Positions 1-8,361 of a DNA stretch of 64,000 nucleotides are shown in pieces. Location: NCBI GenBank assembly GCA_963722335.1, contig CAVRKY010000004.1:185590-249589 (forward strand), read 5' to 3'. The notes beneath the pieces are model-generated. The model was given only the letters and a program-made list of their open reading frames with translations, ran no database searches and was not told the DNA's origin. A program made the position numbers and the translations under genes. This stretch comes from an uncultured Holophagaceae bacterium (GTDB taxonomy: Bacteria; Acidobacteriota; Holophagae; Holophagales; Holophagaceae). The number at the start of each line of letters is the position of its first letter. Within the stretch, counting starts at the first letter, position 1.

Positions 1-1014
1 CGCATCGACCAGCAGGACTGGCTGCTGCTGTGCGCCCGGGTCCTGGGGGGACAGGTGAACCGCCGCGGCTGCGTGGGCCTGGTGCGCCGCGCCCCGGACG
101 GCTACCACCTGGAGCCGCCGCTGTTCATCCCGCGCATGTACGACGACATCGAGTGCCCCTGCCTGGTGCAGCTGGAGGGTACCTACTACCTCATCGGCTC
201 GGTGCGGGAGGACGTGGAGGTGCACTACTGGTGGTGCGAAAGCTTCCTGGGCGAGTACCGGTCCTTCAACGACAACGTGCTCATGCCCCGGGGCAACTAC
301 GCCGCCCGGATCATGCGCGACGGCGACAAGGTGCTCATCTTCACGTTCTACGTGAACGGCCTGGACGTGACCAGCGGCACCCGCAGCCTGCCGCCTCCCA
401 AGCAGCTGCGCCGGCGCTCCGACGGCAAGCTGGAGCTGGTGAGCTACCACCGCTGGGCCGGGAAGGTGAACGGCGCCGCCACCCTCCAGATGGACCCGTT
501 CAGGGCCAGCCTGGACAACCCCACGGCTGCCTGCGAAGCCCAGGGGGACCGCCTCCGGTTCGCCTGCCGCAGCGGCTTCGAGCTGTTCCTGGCGCCGGTC
601 GCCGAGCCCTTCTGGATCTGGGACCTGGAGTGGCAGACCCTGCAGCCGGGGGGCTGCGGGCTGGTGTTCGACCTGGACGAGCACCTCAACGGCTATTTCA
701 TCTCCCTGGACACGGAACGGGGCACCGCCCACATCCGCGCCTGGGGCAGCCGCCCGGAGCAGGTGTTCCAGAACTACATCTACGAAGCCCTGCAGGCCGG
801 CGAGTTCACCCCCATCGCCGACCGGCGCTACGCCCTGCGCCTGATCCGGTGGGGCAGCTACATCGAGCTGTCGGTGAACGGGGTGGTGCGCCTGTCCCTG
901 GTGGATGCACGCTTCATCGGACGCCGGCTGGGCATCTTCCTGGAAAGTGCCGAGATCGCCCTCTCATCCTTGTCCTTGCGTTTCCTGGAGCCTCCCGTCC
1001 ATGACCAGGCCTGA
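1..1014 (+). CDS. Glycoside hydrolase family 32-like protein (beta-fructosidase-like), 5'-truncated by the window edge
   Basis: Frame is open from base 1. YDDIECP resembles the GH32 catalytic EC motif; the C-terminal part looks like the GH32 beta-sandwich (GCGLVF, WGSYIELSVNG). Sucrose-phosphate synthase is nearby. Confidence 0.6.
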   Translation, partial: RIDQQDWLLLCARVLGGQVNRRGCVGLVRRAPDGYHLEPPLFIPRMYDDIECPCLVQLEGTYYLIGSVREDVEVHYWWCESFLGEYRSFNDNVLMPRGNYAARIMRDGDKVLIFTFYVNGLDVTSGTRSLPPPKQLRRRSDGKLELVSYHRWAGKVNGAATLQMDPFRASLDNPTAACEAQGDRLRFACRSGFELFLAPVAEPFWIWDLEWQTLQPGGCGLVFDLDEHLNGYFISLDTERGTAHIRAWGSRPEQVFQNYIYEALQAGEFTPIADRRYALRLIRWGSYIELSVNGVVRLSLVDARFIGRRLGIFLESAEIALSSLSLRFLEPPVHDQA

Positions 1015-1041
1015 GTCGCTGATCGGGCCTGGGCGGCGATT

Positions 1042-1938
1042 TCAGGCGAACGGGCGCTTGGCCACTTCCTCCAGGAGCCAGCGGGTGAAGGTCTGCAGCT
1101 TGGCGCTGGCGGGGGTGTCCCGGGGGCGATTCAGGTAGTAGGCGCACCCGGAATCGATGCCGAGGGCGAACGGCATGGCCAGAGTGCCGGCGCGCACATC
1201 CTCCTGGGACAGTTCCACGTAGAACAGGGCGAAGCCGTGGCCGTCCAGCACCACTTGCCGGAGGGCGTGGGGATCGTCGATGCGCATGGCCTGGAAGCGG
1301 TCCCCAGGGTCCACTCCGGCGGCCTGGAACCATTGCCGCCAGTCTTTCCGGTCCACCTCGAAGAACAGCTGGTGGTCCAGCAGGTCCTGGGGCCGGGGCG
1401 GCTCCTGGAACCGCCGCAGGTAGCCGGGCGCGCAGATGGGCGTGAGGTGGGTCTTGAGCACCAGGGTCGAGTCCACATCCGTCCATTGGCCATGCCCCCA
1501 GGTGATCTCCGCGTCGATCTTGTTGTGCACGAAATCCGCCGCTTGGTAGATGTGGTGCAGGAGCAGGTTGATCCCCGGATGGCGCTGCCACAGGCTGCCC
1601 AGCCGGGGCGTCAGCCAACGCAGGGAGAAGTAGGGGTTGACGCCCACCGTGAGCACCTCCTCCTTGGCCGCCCGCTGAACGTTGCGCAGGGCCGTGGCCA
1701 GGGCCCCCAGGGCCCGGGCGCAGTCCGAGAGCAGCTGGGTGCCTTCGGCCGTCAGTTCGATGCGCCGGTGCAGGCGGCGGATCAGCTGGACCCCCAGGTC
1801 CTGCTCCAAGTGGTGCACATGGTGACTCAGGGCCGCCTGGGTCACGAACAGTTCCTCGGCTGCGCGCTTGAAGCTGCCATGCCGGCCCACCGCCTCGAAA
1901 GCGCGCAACTGCACGATGGTGGAAGCGCTCAGGTCCAT
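1042..1938 (-). CDS. LysR-family transcriptional regulator (GcvA-like)
   Basis: N-terminal HTH LRAFEAVGRHGSFKRAAEELFVTQAALSHHV followed by a GcvA-type substrate-binding domain. Confidence 0.92.
   Translation of the reverse strand: MDLSASTIVQLRAFEAVGRHGSFKRAAEELFVTQAALSHHVHHLEQDLGVQLIRRLHRRIELTAEGTQLLSDCARALGALATALRNVQRAAKEEVLTVGVNPYFSLRWLTPRLGSLWQRHPGINLLLHHIYQAADFVHNKIDAEITWGHGQWTDVDSTLVLKTHLTPICAPGYLRRFQEPPRPQDLLDHQLFFEVDRKDWRQWFQAAGVDPGDRFQAMRIDDPHALRQVVLDGHGFALFYVELSQEDVRAGTLAMPFALGIDSGCAYYLNRPRDTPASAKLQTFTRWLLEEVAKRPFA
1211..1226. promoter_or_regulatory. Possible degenerate parS site inside the lysR gene
   Basis: AGTTCCACGTAGAACA, two mismatches to TGTTCCACGTGGAACA; same internal variant as the site in mnmE. 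Confidence 0.3.
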
Positions 1939-1970
1939 GATCGCTTTAGTTTAAGTAAAGTTCAGTGGAA

Positions 1971-2000
1971 AGAAATCAATTAAGTTACTTATTGATTTCT
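1971..2000. promoter_or_regulatory. Inverted-repeat operator upstream of lysR
   Basis: AGAAATCAAT-N10-ATTGATTTCT: perfect 10-bp arms in the AT-rich divergent promoter region. Confidence 0.6.
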
Positions 2001-2265
2001 GTTGGGCGTGATCCCATCCTTTTAGCAGCGGGACGGGCTTCCGCTCGGAAACGAGCCCGACGGAAGAGCCACCAACCCCGCACCACCCGGAACCTGGGTG
2101 ACTCCCAGGCTCGCGATTAATTTATAAATAATAATTCTCCGGCGGCGATTCGGAACTCTGGCTACGGGTCCGTTGACCTCATGCCCGATCCAAGGGCCAA
2201 CCGCGCGGCGGGGGACACCCGGGCCCGGGGGCCGTCAGGCCCAGCCCGGATTTCAGGAGGAAATC

Positions 2266-2689
2266 ATGTTCACCAACATTCTGCTGGCAACCGATGATCC
2301 GAAGCGCGCCAAGCAGGCCGCCCGGATGGCCGGCGAAACGGCCCGGTCCCTGCGCACCTCCAATGTGTGCATCCTGGTGGCCTACCCGTCCGTGCCCGAC
2401 TACCTGGGCATCCAGGAGATGGAAAAAGCCACCGCCGAGCGTCAGGCCCGCGCCGAGACCCTGGCAGAAACCCTGCGCCAGGAGGTGGGGGCCATCCCCG
2501 GCCAGGTCCAGACAGACGTGCTGGAGGGGCCGGTGGCCGAGGCCGCCGCCACCGCCTCCCAGGTGCAGGGCAGCGACTTGATCGTCCTGAGCGCCAAGGG
2601 CCTGAGTCTCTGGGGCCGGCTGAAGGCCTGGTCCCGGGCGGGCCGGATCCTGGACGGCGCCCCCTGCCCGGGTACTGCTGGTGCAGTAG
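2266..2689 (+). CDS. Universal stress protein (one +1 frameshift near 2670)
   Basis: AGGAGG RBS; MFTNILLATD start; DLIVLSAKG. Removing one G at 2670-2672 restores the typical USP ending APCPVLLVQ-stop (TAG 2687-2689). Confidence 0.8.
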
Positions 2690-2716
2690 CCGAAGTTCCT
2701 GTTCGCAGCCGGGCCC

Positions 2717-2885
2717 CTAGTCCTACTGTGGCGCCCGACTTGGCCCCAGGGAGGTGGTCAGCGCCGCGCAAGACAAGGAGACGGCCGAAGGGCGATGCTC
2801 ATTCATCGTTCGAGGCCGTCGACGCAGGATTGCGCGGCGCTGGCGGCCTCCATGGGGTCGAGGCGGGCGCCACAGGTAGGACTAG
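2717..2885. mobile_element. CTAG-flanked 169-bp palindromic (MITE-like) element
   Basis: CTAGTCCTACTGTGGCGCCCG ... CGGGCGCCACAGGTAGGACTAG. The whole span folds as one long imperfect hairpin; the right CTAG overlaps the sps stop codon. Confidence 0.7.
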
Positions 2886-5059
2886 AGTGGGTCCGGCGCC
2901 GACTCCGCCGCCGGGAAGCCGTAGCGCAGGGCGTAGTGCCGGATCCCCTCCAGGATGCCCGCGGCGCGAGGCTGGTGGGCGAAGTAGACCCGGGTCCGGC
3001 CCCGGAGGGAGCCCAGTTCGGGGCTGTGGTTGCCCACCACGATGCCCATCATGTCCCCCACCAGCATGTCCCGGTCGTTGCCCGAATCCCCGGCGGTGAT
3101 GAACCGGTCCAGGGGGATCCCCCACTTGAACGCCAGGTAGCGCACCGCCTGGCCCTTGGAGGCCCGGTGCGGCAGCACGTCCAGGTACCGGGACCGGGAA
3201 TAGACCAGGTTCCCCTGCAGCCCGACCCGGTGGACGGCATCCTGCAGGGCTTCCATGCCGGGGAGCCGTCCGGGCTTGACGTTGTAGCTGAGCTTGTACG
3301 GGCCTTGCTTGCGCCGGCCCTGGAGGGTGAGCCCCGGCACGTCCTTGAGGACCTGGGCCAGGTCCTCCCGCCGCCAGCCCTGGCGGATGTGGTTCTCCCA
3401 GCCCAGGTCCCTGGTGCCGTTGAACTGGTAGCGGATCTCCGTGCCGATGCCGCCGATGATCACGTCCGGCGCCGGCACGCCCCACTCCTTGAGGACGTAC
3501 AGGGCGCTGTCCAGCTTGCGCCCGGTGGCCACCCCGAAGGCCAACCGGTCCCGGTGGGCCTGGACCCAGGCCAGGAGCCGCTCCAGGGCCGGGCGGTCGC
3601 CCAGCAGGGTGTCGTCCAGGTCGCACACCAGCACCCCCTGGGTGTGCAGGAAGGGGGAGGTCTCGCCCACCGGGGTCACCGACAGCAGCTCACGCCGCCG
3701 GCGCTTGCGCCCGCGGTGCAGGAACCGGCCGACCTCCTTCAGGTAGCGCCGCACGTGGGCGTCCCAGGTGTAGAAGTTGCGCACGCCCCGCAGCCCGTTG
3801 CGGCTCCAGGCGGTCCAGCGCGCCGGGTCCCCCAGGGCCTCCTTCATGGCCGCGGCCAGGGCCCGGTCGTCGTTGGGCTCCACCACCAGTCCGTTGCGGC
3901 AGTTGGCGACGATGTCCCGGGGTCCGCCGCTGTCGGTGGTGACCACCGGCAGCCCCGAGGCGGCCGCCTCGATGAGGGTGAGGCCGAAGCTCTCGGCGAA
4001 GGCCGGGTTCACGTAGATGCCCCGGCGCTGCACCGCCAGACGGTAGAACCCGGGCACTTCCGACGCGAGGTGGGACTTGGGGAAGGCCACCGAACCGAAC
4101 AGGTCCAGGCGGTCCAGGGTGCGGAACAGTTCCTCCCAAGTGGCCCGCCCTTCCTCGTCCAGGTCCTGGACATCCTCGTGGCACCCGGCCAGCAGCACCA
4201 GGTTGGCCCGGGAGCGCAGTTCCGGATCGGCCCCGAAGGCCCGCACCAGGCCCAGGAGGTTCTTGGACGGCACCGGGCGGGCGATGGACAGGATCAGGGG
4301 CCGGCGGCCGTGGGCCAGGAACCGGTCCACCTTGGAGGCGACGCCCGGATCCGCTTTGCGGCGCCCGGGGGGCGCGAACCGGGAAGCGTCGGTGCCGGGG
4401 GGGATCACCACCGCCCGCCGGGGGTTGAAATGGGTGTAGAGGCCGTACTGCTCCAGGGTCTCCTGGCGGGTGCTGGCCACCACCCGGGCCGCGTGGCGCA
4501 AGGTCTCCTCCTCCGCCTGGATCCGGCGGGCGAAGTGGAACGCCCGCTCCAGGGCCGCCTCCCTGGCCCCCGTCTCCAGCAGCCGGGCCTGCTTCACCCG
4601 CCCCAGGGAATGCCCGGTGTGCACGAAGGGGATGCCCAGGAGCGAGGACAGGCGCTGGGCCACGTGCCCGGCGTCGGCGTAGTGGCTGTGGATCAGGTCC
4701 GGCAGCCGCGGCAGCTTGCGGGCGAAGGCCAGGTAGCGGTCCACCAGCTGGTCCAGGTGGTCCCAGAGCAGCTCCTTGCGGATGTAGCGCCGGGGCCCGA
4801 AGGGCAGGCGGATGATGCGCACGTCCGGACCCAGGCCCTCCTCCGCCCGGGCGTAGTCGGACCCCACGCCCGGGTCCTCCACCAGCCGGGTCAGCAGGTC
4901 CACCTGGGCCACCTGCTCCTGGCGCCCCAGAGCCTTGGCCAGCTCCAAGACGTACAGCACCTGCCCGCCCGTATCCGGGTCCCGCCCCAGTTCCGGCTCC
5001 GTGCCCCGAACCAGGCCATGGATGCTGATCATCAGGAGGTAGATGCCGCTTTCTTTCAA
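2882..5059 (-). CDS. sps: Sucrose-phosphate synthase (GT4) fused to a HAD-IIB sucrose-phosphatase-like domain
   Basis: SIHGLVRG..ELGRDPDTGGQVLYV, HSHYADAG, HTGHSLG and ESFGLTLIEAAASGLP motifs; C-terminal DLDDTL ... SKGQA ... GDSGND HAD motifs. TTG start chosen after GGAGG. Confidence 0.88.
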   Translation of the reverse strand: MKESGIYLLMISIHGLVRGTEPELGRDPDTGGQVLYVLELAKALGRQEQVAQVDLLTRLVEDPGVGSDYARAEEGLGPDVRIIRLPFGPRRYIRKELLWDHLDQLVDRYLAFARKLPRLPDLIHSHYADAGHVAQRLSSLLGIPFVHTGHSLGRVKQARLLETGAREAALERAFHFARRIQAEEETLRHAARVVASTRQETLEQYGLYTHFNPRRAVVIPPGTDASRFAPPGRRKADPGVASKVDRFLAHGRRPLILSIARPVPSKNLLGLVRAFGADPELRSRANLVLLAGCHEDVQDLDEEGRATWEELFRTLDRLDLFGSVAFPKSHLASEVPGFYRLAVQRRGIYVNPAFAESFGLTLIEAAASGLPVVTTDSGGPRDIVANCRNGLVVEPNDDRALAAAMKEALGDPARWTAWSRNGLRGVRNFYTWDAHVRRYLKEVGRFLHRGRKRRRRELLSVTPVGETSPFLHTQGVLVCDLDDTLLGDRPALERLLAWVQAHRDRLAFGVATGRKLDSALYVLKEWGVPAPDVIIGGIGTEIRYQFNGTRDLGWENHIRQGWRREDLAQVLKDVPGLTLQGRRKQGPYKLSYNVKPGRLPGMEALQDAVHRVGLQGNLVYSRSRYLDVLPHRASKGQAVRYLAFKWGIPLDRFITAGDSGNDRDMLVGDMMGIVVGNHSPELGSLRGRTRVYFAHQPRAAGILEGIRHYALRYGFPAAESAPDPL

Positions 5060-5146
5060 TAGGCCTCCCGCGGGCGCCTTCCGGTGGACCGGGGAGAGCA
5101 GACCGTCCAAGTAAGATGCCGGGGAGGCCGCCGCGGTTCCGGAGCC

Positions 5147-5722
5147 TCAGAGATTGCCCTTCAGCCCGATCTCCGCCGCCACCGGGCACATGCCGGCGAT
5201 GGTCTGCTCGGTGAGCTGGGTCAGCTCCACCCCCAGCATGGCCGCCCCCTTCTCGATGACGCCCCGGTTCACCCCGGCGGCGAAGGAGCGGTCCTTCCAT
5301 TTCTTGAGCACCGACTTGGCCGGCAGGTCCAGGACGCTGCGGGAGGGGCGCACCAGGGCGGCGGCGGTCACCAGGCCGGTGAGTTCGTCCACGGCGAACA
5401 GGGTCTTCTCCATGGTGCTGAGGGGCTCCACGTCCGAGCACAGGCCCCAGCCGTGGGACACCACCGCCCGCACGAATTCCGGGGGCCAGCCGTGCCCTTC
5501 CAGGATCTCCCGGGCGCGCACGCAGTGCTCCTCCGGGTAGCGCTCGTAGTCGATGTCGTGGACCATGCCCACCAGCCCCCAGGCGTCCTCGTCCTCCGCC
5601 CGGGACCGGGCCATGTGGCGCATGACCGCCTCCACCGCCAGCGCGTGGCGCTGGAGACTCTCGCTGGGCACGTACTCCACCAGCAGCTTCCAGGCTTCTT
5701 CTCGGGAGGGTCGGGCGTTCAT
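5147..5722 (-). CDS. HDIG/HD-domain metal-dependent phosphohydrolase
   Basis: H...VHDIDYE motif and LFAVDELTG...KKWKDRSFAAGVNR, typical of this small HD family. Confidence 0.85.
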   Translation of the reverse strand: MNARPSREEAWKLLVEYVPSESLQRHALAVEAVMRHMARSRAEDEDAWGLVGMVHDIDYERYPEEHCVRAREILEGHGWPPEFVRAVVSHGWGLCSDVEPLSTMEKTLFAVDELTGLVTAAALVRPSRSVLDLPAKSVLKKWKDRSFAAGVNRGVIEKGAAMLGVELTQLTEQTIAGMCPVAAEIGLKGNL

Positions 5723-5791
5723 GGAAACTCCTCTAATTGTTGATTGTAATTTAAGCTGTGAGGCCCAACAACGGGTGCCAGGCGCCGGACG

Positions 5792-6529
5792 CTAGGGCAG
5801 TTCCAGGACCAGGGCCTGGCCCATGGACGCCTGCACCCGGAACACCCGCTGGATCAGTTCCGGGGTCAGCACCTCCTCCGGGGGGCCGTGCCCGACCAGT
5901 TCCCCCTGGTCGAGCACCAGGACCCGGTCGAAGCACCAGGCCGCGCGCAGGTCGTGCAGGCTCACCAGGAGGGTATGGCCCTGGAGGGCCAGGCGCCTGG
6001 CCAGGGCCAGCACCTCCAGGGCATGGCGCACATCCAGGCTGGCGGCAGGCTCGTCCCACAGCTGCAGGGGCGCCCCCGTGGCCAGGGCCCGGGCCAGGAA
6101 GACCCGGCGGCGCTCTCCGCCGCTGAGCTGGGTGATGGGCCGCGCGGCCAGGTGGGTGATGTCCAGGGCGGCCAGGGCCGCCTCCACCCCATGGCCGTCG
6201 TCGCCCCAGGCGTGCCGGCCCTGGGCCACCACCTCCCGCACCGGAAAGGCGAACTCCGCATGGCTCTCCTGGCCCACCCAGGCCAGCGTGCGGCCCCGCT
6301 CCAGGAAGGGTATCCGGGCCAGGTCCCGGCCCCGCCAGCGGATCCGTCCCCGGGCCGGGAGCAGGCCCGCCAGCACCTGCAGCAGGGTGGACTTGCCGGC
6401 GCCGTTGGGGCCCACCACCGCCGCCATGAGCCCCGGTTCCAGGCGCACGCTGAGGTCGCGCAGGCGGGCGCCCAGGTCCAGCCCCTCGGCGGCGAGGGCC
6501 GGGACCGGGACGGAAGCGCCGCTCAGCAC
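5792..6529 (-). CDS. btuD: Cobalamin/iron-chelate ABC transporter ATP-binding protein
   Basis: Walker A GPNGAGKS, signature LSGGE, WDEP, H-loop SLHD; last gene of the B12-riboswitch operon. Confidence 0.85.
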   Translation of the reverse strand: MLSGASVPVPALAAEGLDLGARLRDLSVRLEPGLMAAVVGPNGAGKSTLLQVLAGLLPARGRIRWRGRDLARIPFLERGRTLAWVGQESHAEFAFPVREVVAQGRHAWGDDGHGVEAALAALDITHLAARPITQLSGGERRRVFLARALATGAPLQLWDEPAASLDVRHALEVLALARRLALQGHTLLVSLHDLRAAWCFDRVLVLDQGELVGHGPPEEVLTPELIQRVFRVQASMGQALVLELP

Positions 6530-7500
6530 GGGTTCCTCCGCAGCATCCAGAGCAGGAACGGACCCCCCAGCAGGGCGGTCATCACCCCCAGGCGCAGGCC
6601 TCCGGGCAGGAACCGGGTGGGCAGGTCGCACAGCAGCACCAGGGCCGCCCCGCCCAGCATGGACAGGGGCAGCAGCCGGCGGTGGTCCGGACCGAGCCCA
6701 AGGCGCAGCAGGTGGGGCACCACCAGGCCCACGAAGCCCACCACGCCCCCCACCGCCGTGGCCAGTGCGGTGAGCAGGGTCGAGAGGCCGATGAGCTGCC
6801 AGCGCAGGCGGCGCACGTCCACCCCCAGGCTCTGGGCCGAAGGCTCACCCAGGCTGAGCAGGTTCATGGGCCGGCCCAGGGGCAGCATCAGCAGGCACCC
6901 CACGACCACCAGGGGCAGGCCCACGGCCACGTGCTCCCAGGTGCGGTTCTCGATGCCGCCCATGAGCCAGAACAGGATCTGGCCGCTCACCTGGAACCGG
7001 CCGGCGCTGAGGACCAGCAGGAAGCTGGTGCCGGCGCCGAACAGGGCGTTCAGGGCCACGCCGCACAGCAGCAGGTGCTCCGGGCCGGCGCCTCGCCGGG
7101 CCAGGGCCACCACCGCGCCGGTGGCCAGGAAGGCCCCCAGGATGGACGCTCCGGGCACCGTCCACACGGTGACCGCGCCCCCGCCCAGGGCCAGGGCCGC
7201 CACCGCCCCCAGGGCGCCGCCGGCGCTTACGCCCAGCAGGCCCGGGCTGGCCAGGGCGTTGCGGAAGAACGCCTGCATGGCCACCCCCGAGGCGGCCAGC
7301 CCGGCACCCACCGCCATGCCCACCAGGGTGCGGGGCAGGCGCAGGTCCCACACCACCGTGCGGGCCAGGTCGTCGCCCCGCCCGGCCAGGGCCCGCAGCA
7401 CCTGCAAGGGGCTGAGGCTGGCGTCCCCCAGGGCCAGGGACGCCAGCACCGCCCCCAGCAGCAGCAGGGCCAGCACGGCGACGGCGCCCAGGCTCTTCAC
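6523..7500 (-). CDS. btuC: FecCD/BtuC-family ABC permease
   Basis: LRLPRTL, FRNALASPGLLGVSAGG, LGEPSAQSLG, GFVGLVVPH motifs. Confidence 0.88.
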   Translation of the reverse strand: MKSLGAVAVLALLLLGAVLASLALGDASLSPLQVLRALAGRGDDLARTVVWDLRLPRTLVGMAVGAGLAASGVAMQAFFRNALASPGLLGVSAGGALGAVAALALGGGAVTVWTVPGASILGAFLATGAVVALARRGAGPEHLLLCGVALNALFGAGTSFLLVLSAGRFQVSGQILFWLMGGIENRTWEHVAVGLPLVVVGCLLMLPLGRPMNLLSLGEPSAQSLGVDVRRLRWQLIGLSTLLTALATAVGGVVGFVGLVVPHLLRLGLGPDHRRLLPLSMLGGAALVLLCDLPTRFLPGGLRLGVMTALLGGPFLLWMLRRNPC

Positions 7501-8330
7501 TGGAACGCCTCCGGGTGCAGGGCCCGTGCGAGCCATTCGTAGGCGTCCAGGCGGGCCTGGCTGGTGCTGGCCATGAGCGCCGCGGGCAGGCCCACCACCC
7601 GGCCCTTCCGGCAGGCCTTCATGAACTTGTACGGCGCCAGGTCCCGCAGCCGGGCCCGCAGGTCCACGCCCGGCTCGGCCGGGGCCACCAGCACGTCCAC
7701 GTCCCAGGCGAGCACCTGCTCGCCGGGGGTGGGGGCGTGCCCCTTCAAGCCCATCTCCGCCGCCACGTTCAGGGCGCCCGCGTGGTCGCACAGGTCCTGG
7801 AAGGTGGTCCCGCTGCCGGCGGTGAAGGGGTAGAAGCCCACCGCCAGCACGCGCACCGGCTTGCGCCCCCGGAGCCGGGCCTGGAGGGCCGCCACCCGGG
7901 CCTGCCACTGGCGGACCAGCTGTTCGGCCCGCTCCCCGCGGCCCAGGGCCTGGCCCACCCGCCTGGCGTTGGCGTAGAGATCCTCCAGGCTGTCGAAGCG
8001 GTCCAGGACCAGCACCTGGATCCGGGCCCGGCGCAGCAGGGCGACGGTCTCGGCGGCGGTGTACGAGGCCGCCAGCACCAGGTCCGGGCGGAACCGCAGG
8101 ATGTCCTCCGCCTCGCCGTTGCGCAGGCAGGGATGGCCGGCGGCGGCGGCGGCCGAGGGGCTGTACCGGGGGTCCCGGGCCAGGTGGCTGAGGGCGGCGA
8201 TCTGGCCCGGGGCGGCCAGGGCCATGAGGAGGTCGTCCGTGCCCACCGTCTGGCTCACCACCCGCGCCGGGTTCCCCGCCCCCAGCAGGGCGGGGAGGGC
8301 AAGCAGGAGGAGCAGCAGGACCTTTCTCAT
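7497..8330 (-). CDS. btuF: Periplasmic cobalamin-binding protein
   Basis: Signal peptide; PARVVS...TDDLL; EDILRFRPDLVL; helical-backbone metal-receptor family. Confidence 0.82.
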   Translation of the reverse strand: MRKVLLLLLLALPALLGAGNPARVVSQTVGTDDLLMALAAPGQIAALSHLARDPRYSPSAAAAAGHPCLRNGEAEDILRFRPDLVLAASYTAAETVALLRRARIQVLVLDRFDSLEDLYANARRVGQALGRGERAEQLVRQWQARVAALQARLRGRKPVRVLAVGFYPFTAGSGTTFQDLCDHAGALNVAAEMGLKGHAPTPGEQVLAWDVDVLVAPAEPGVDLRARLRDLAPYKFMKACRKGRVVGLPAALMASTSQARLDAYEWLARALHPEAFQ

Positions 8331-8361
8331 TCCACCTTTCCCATCGATCCGGAACGTGCGC

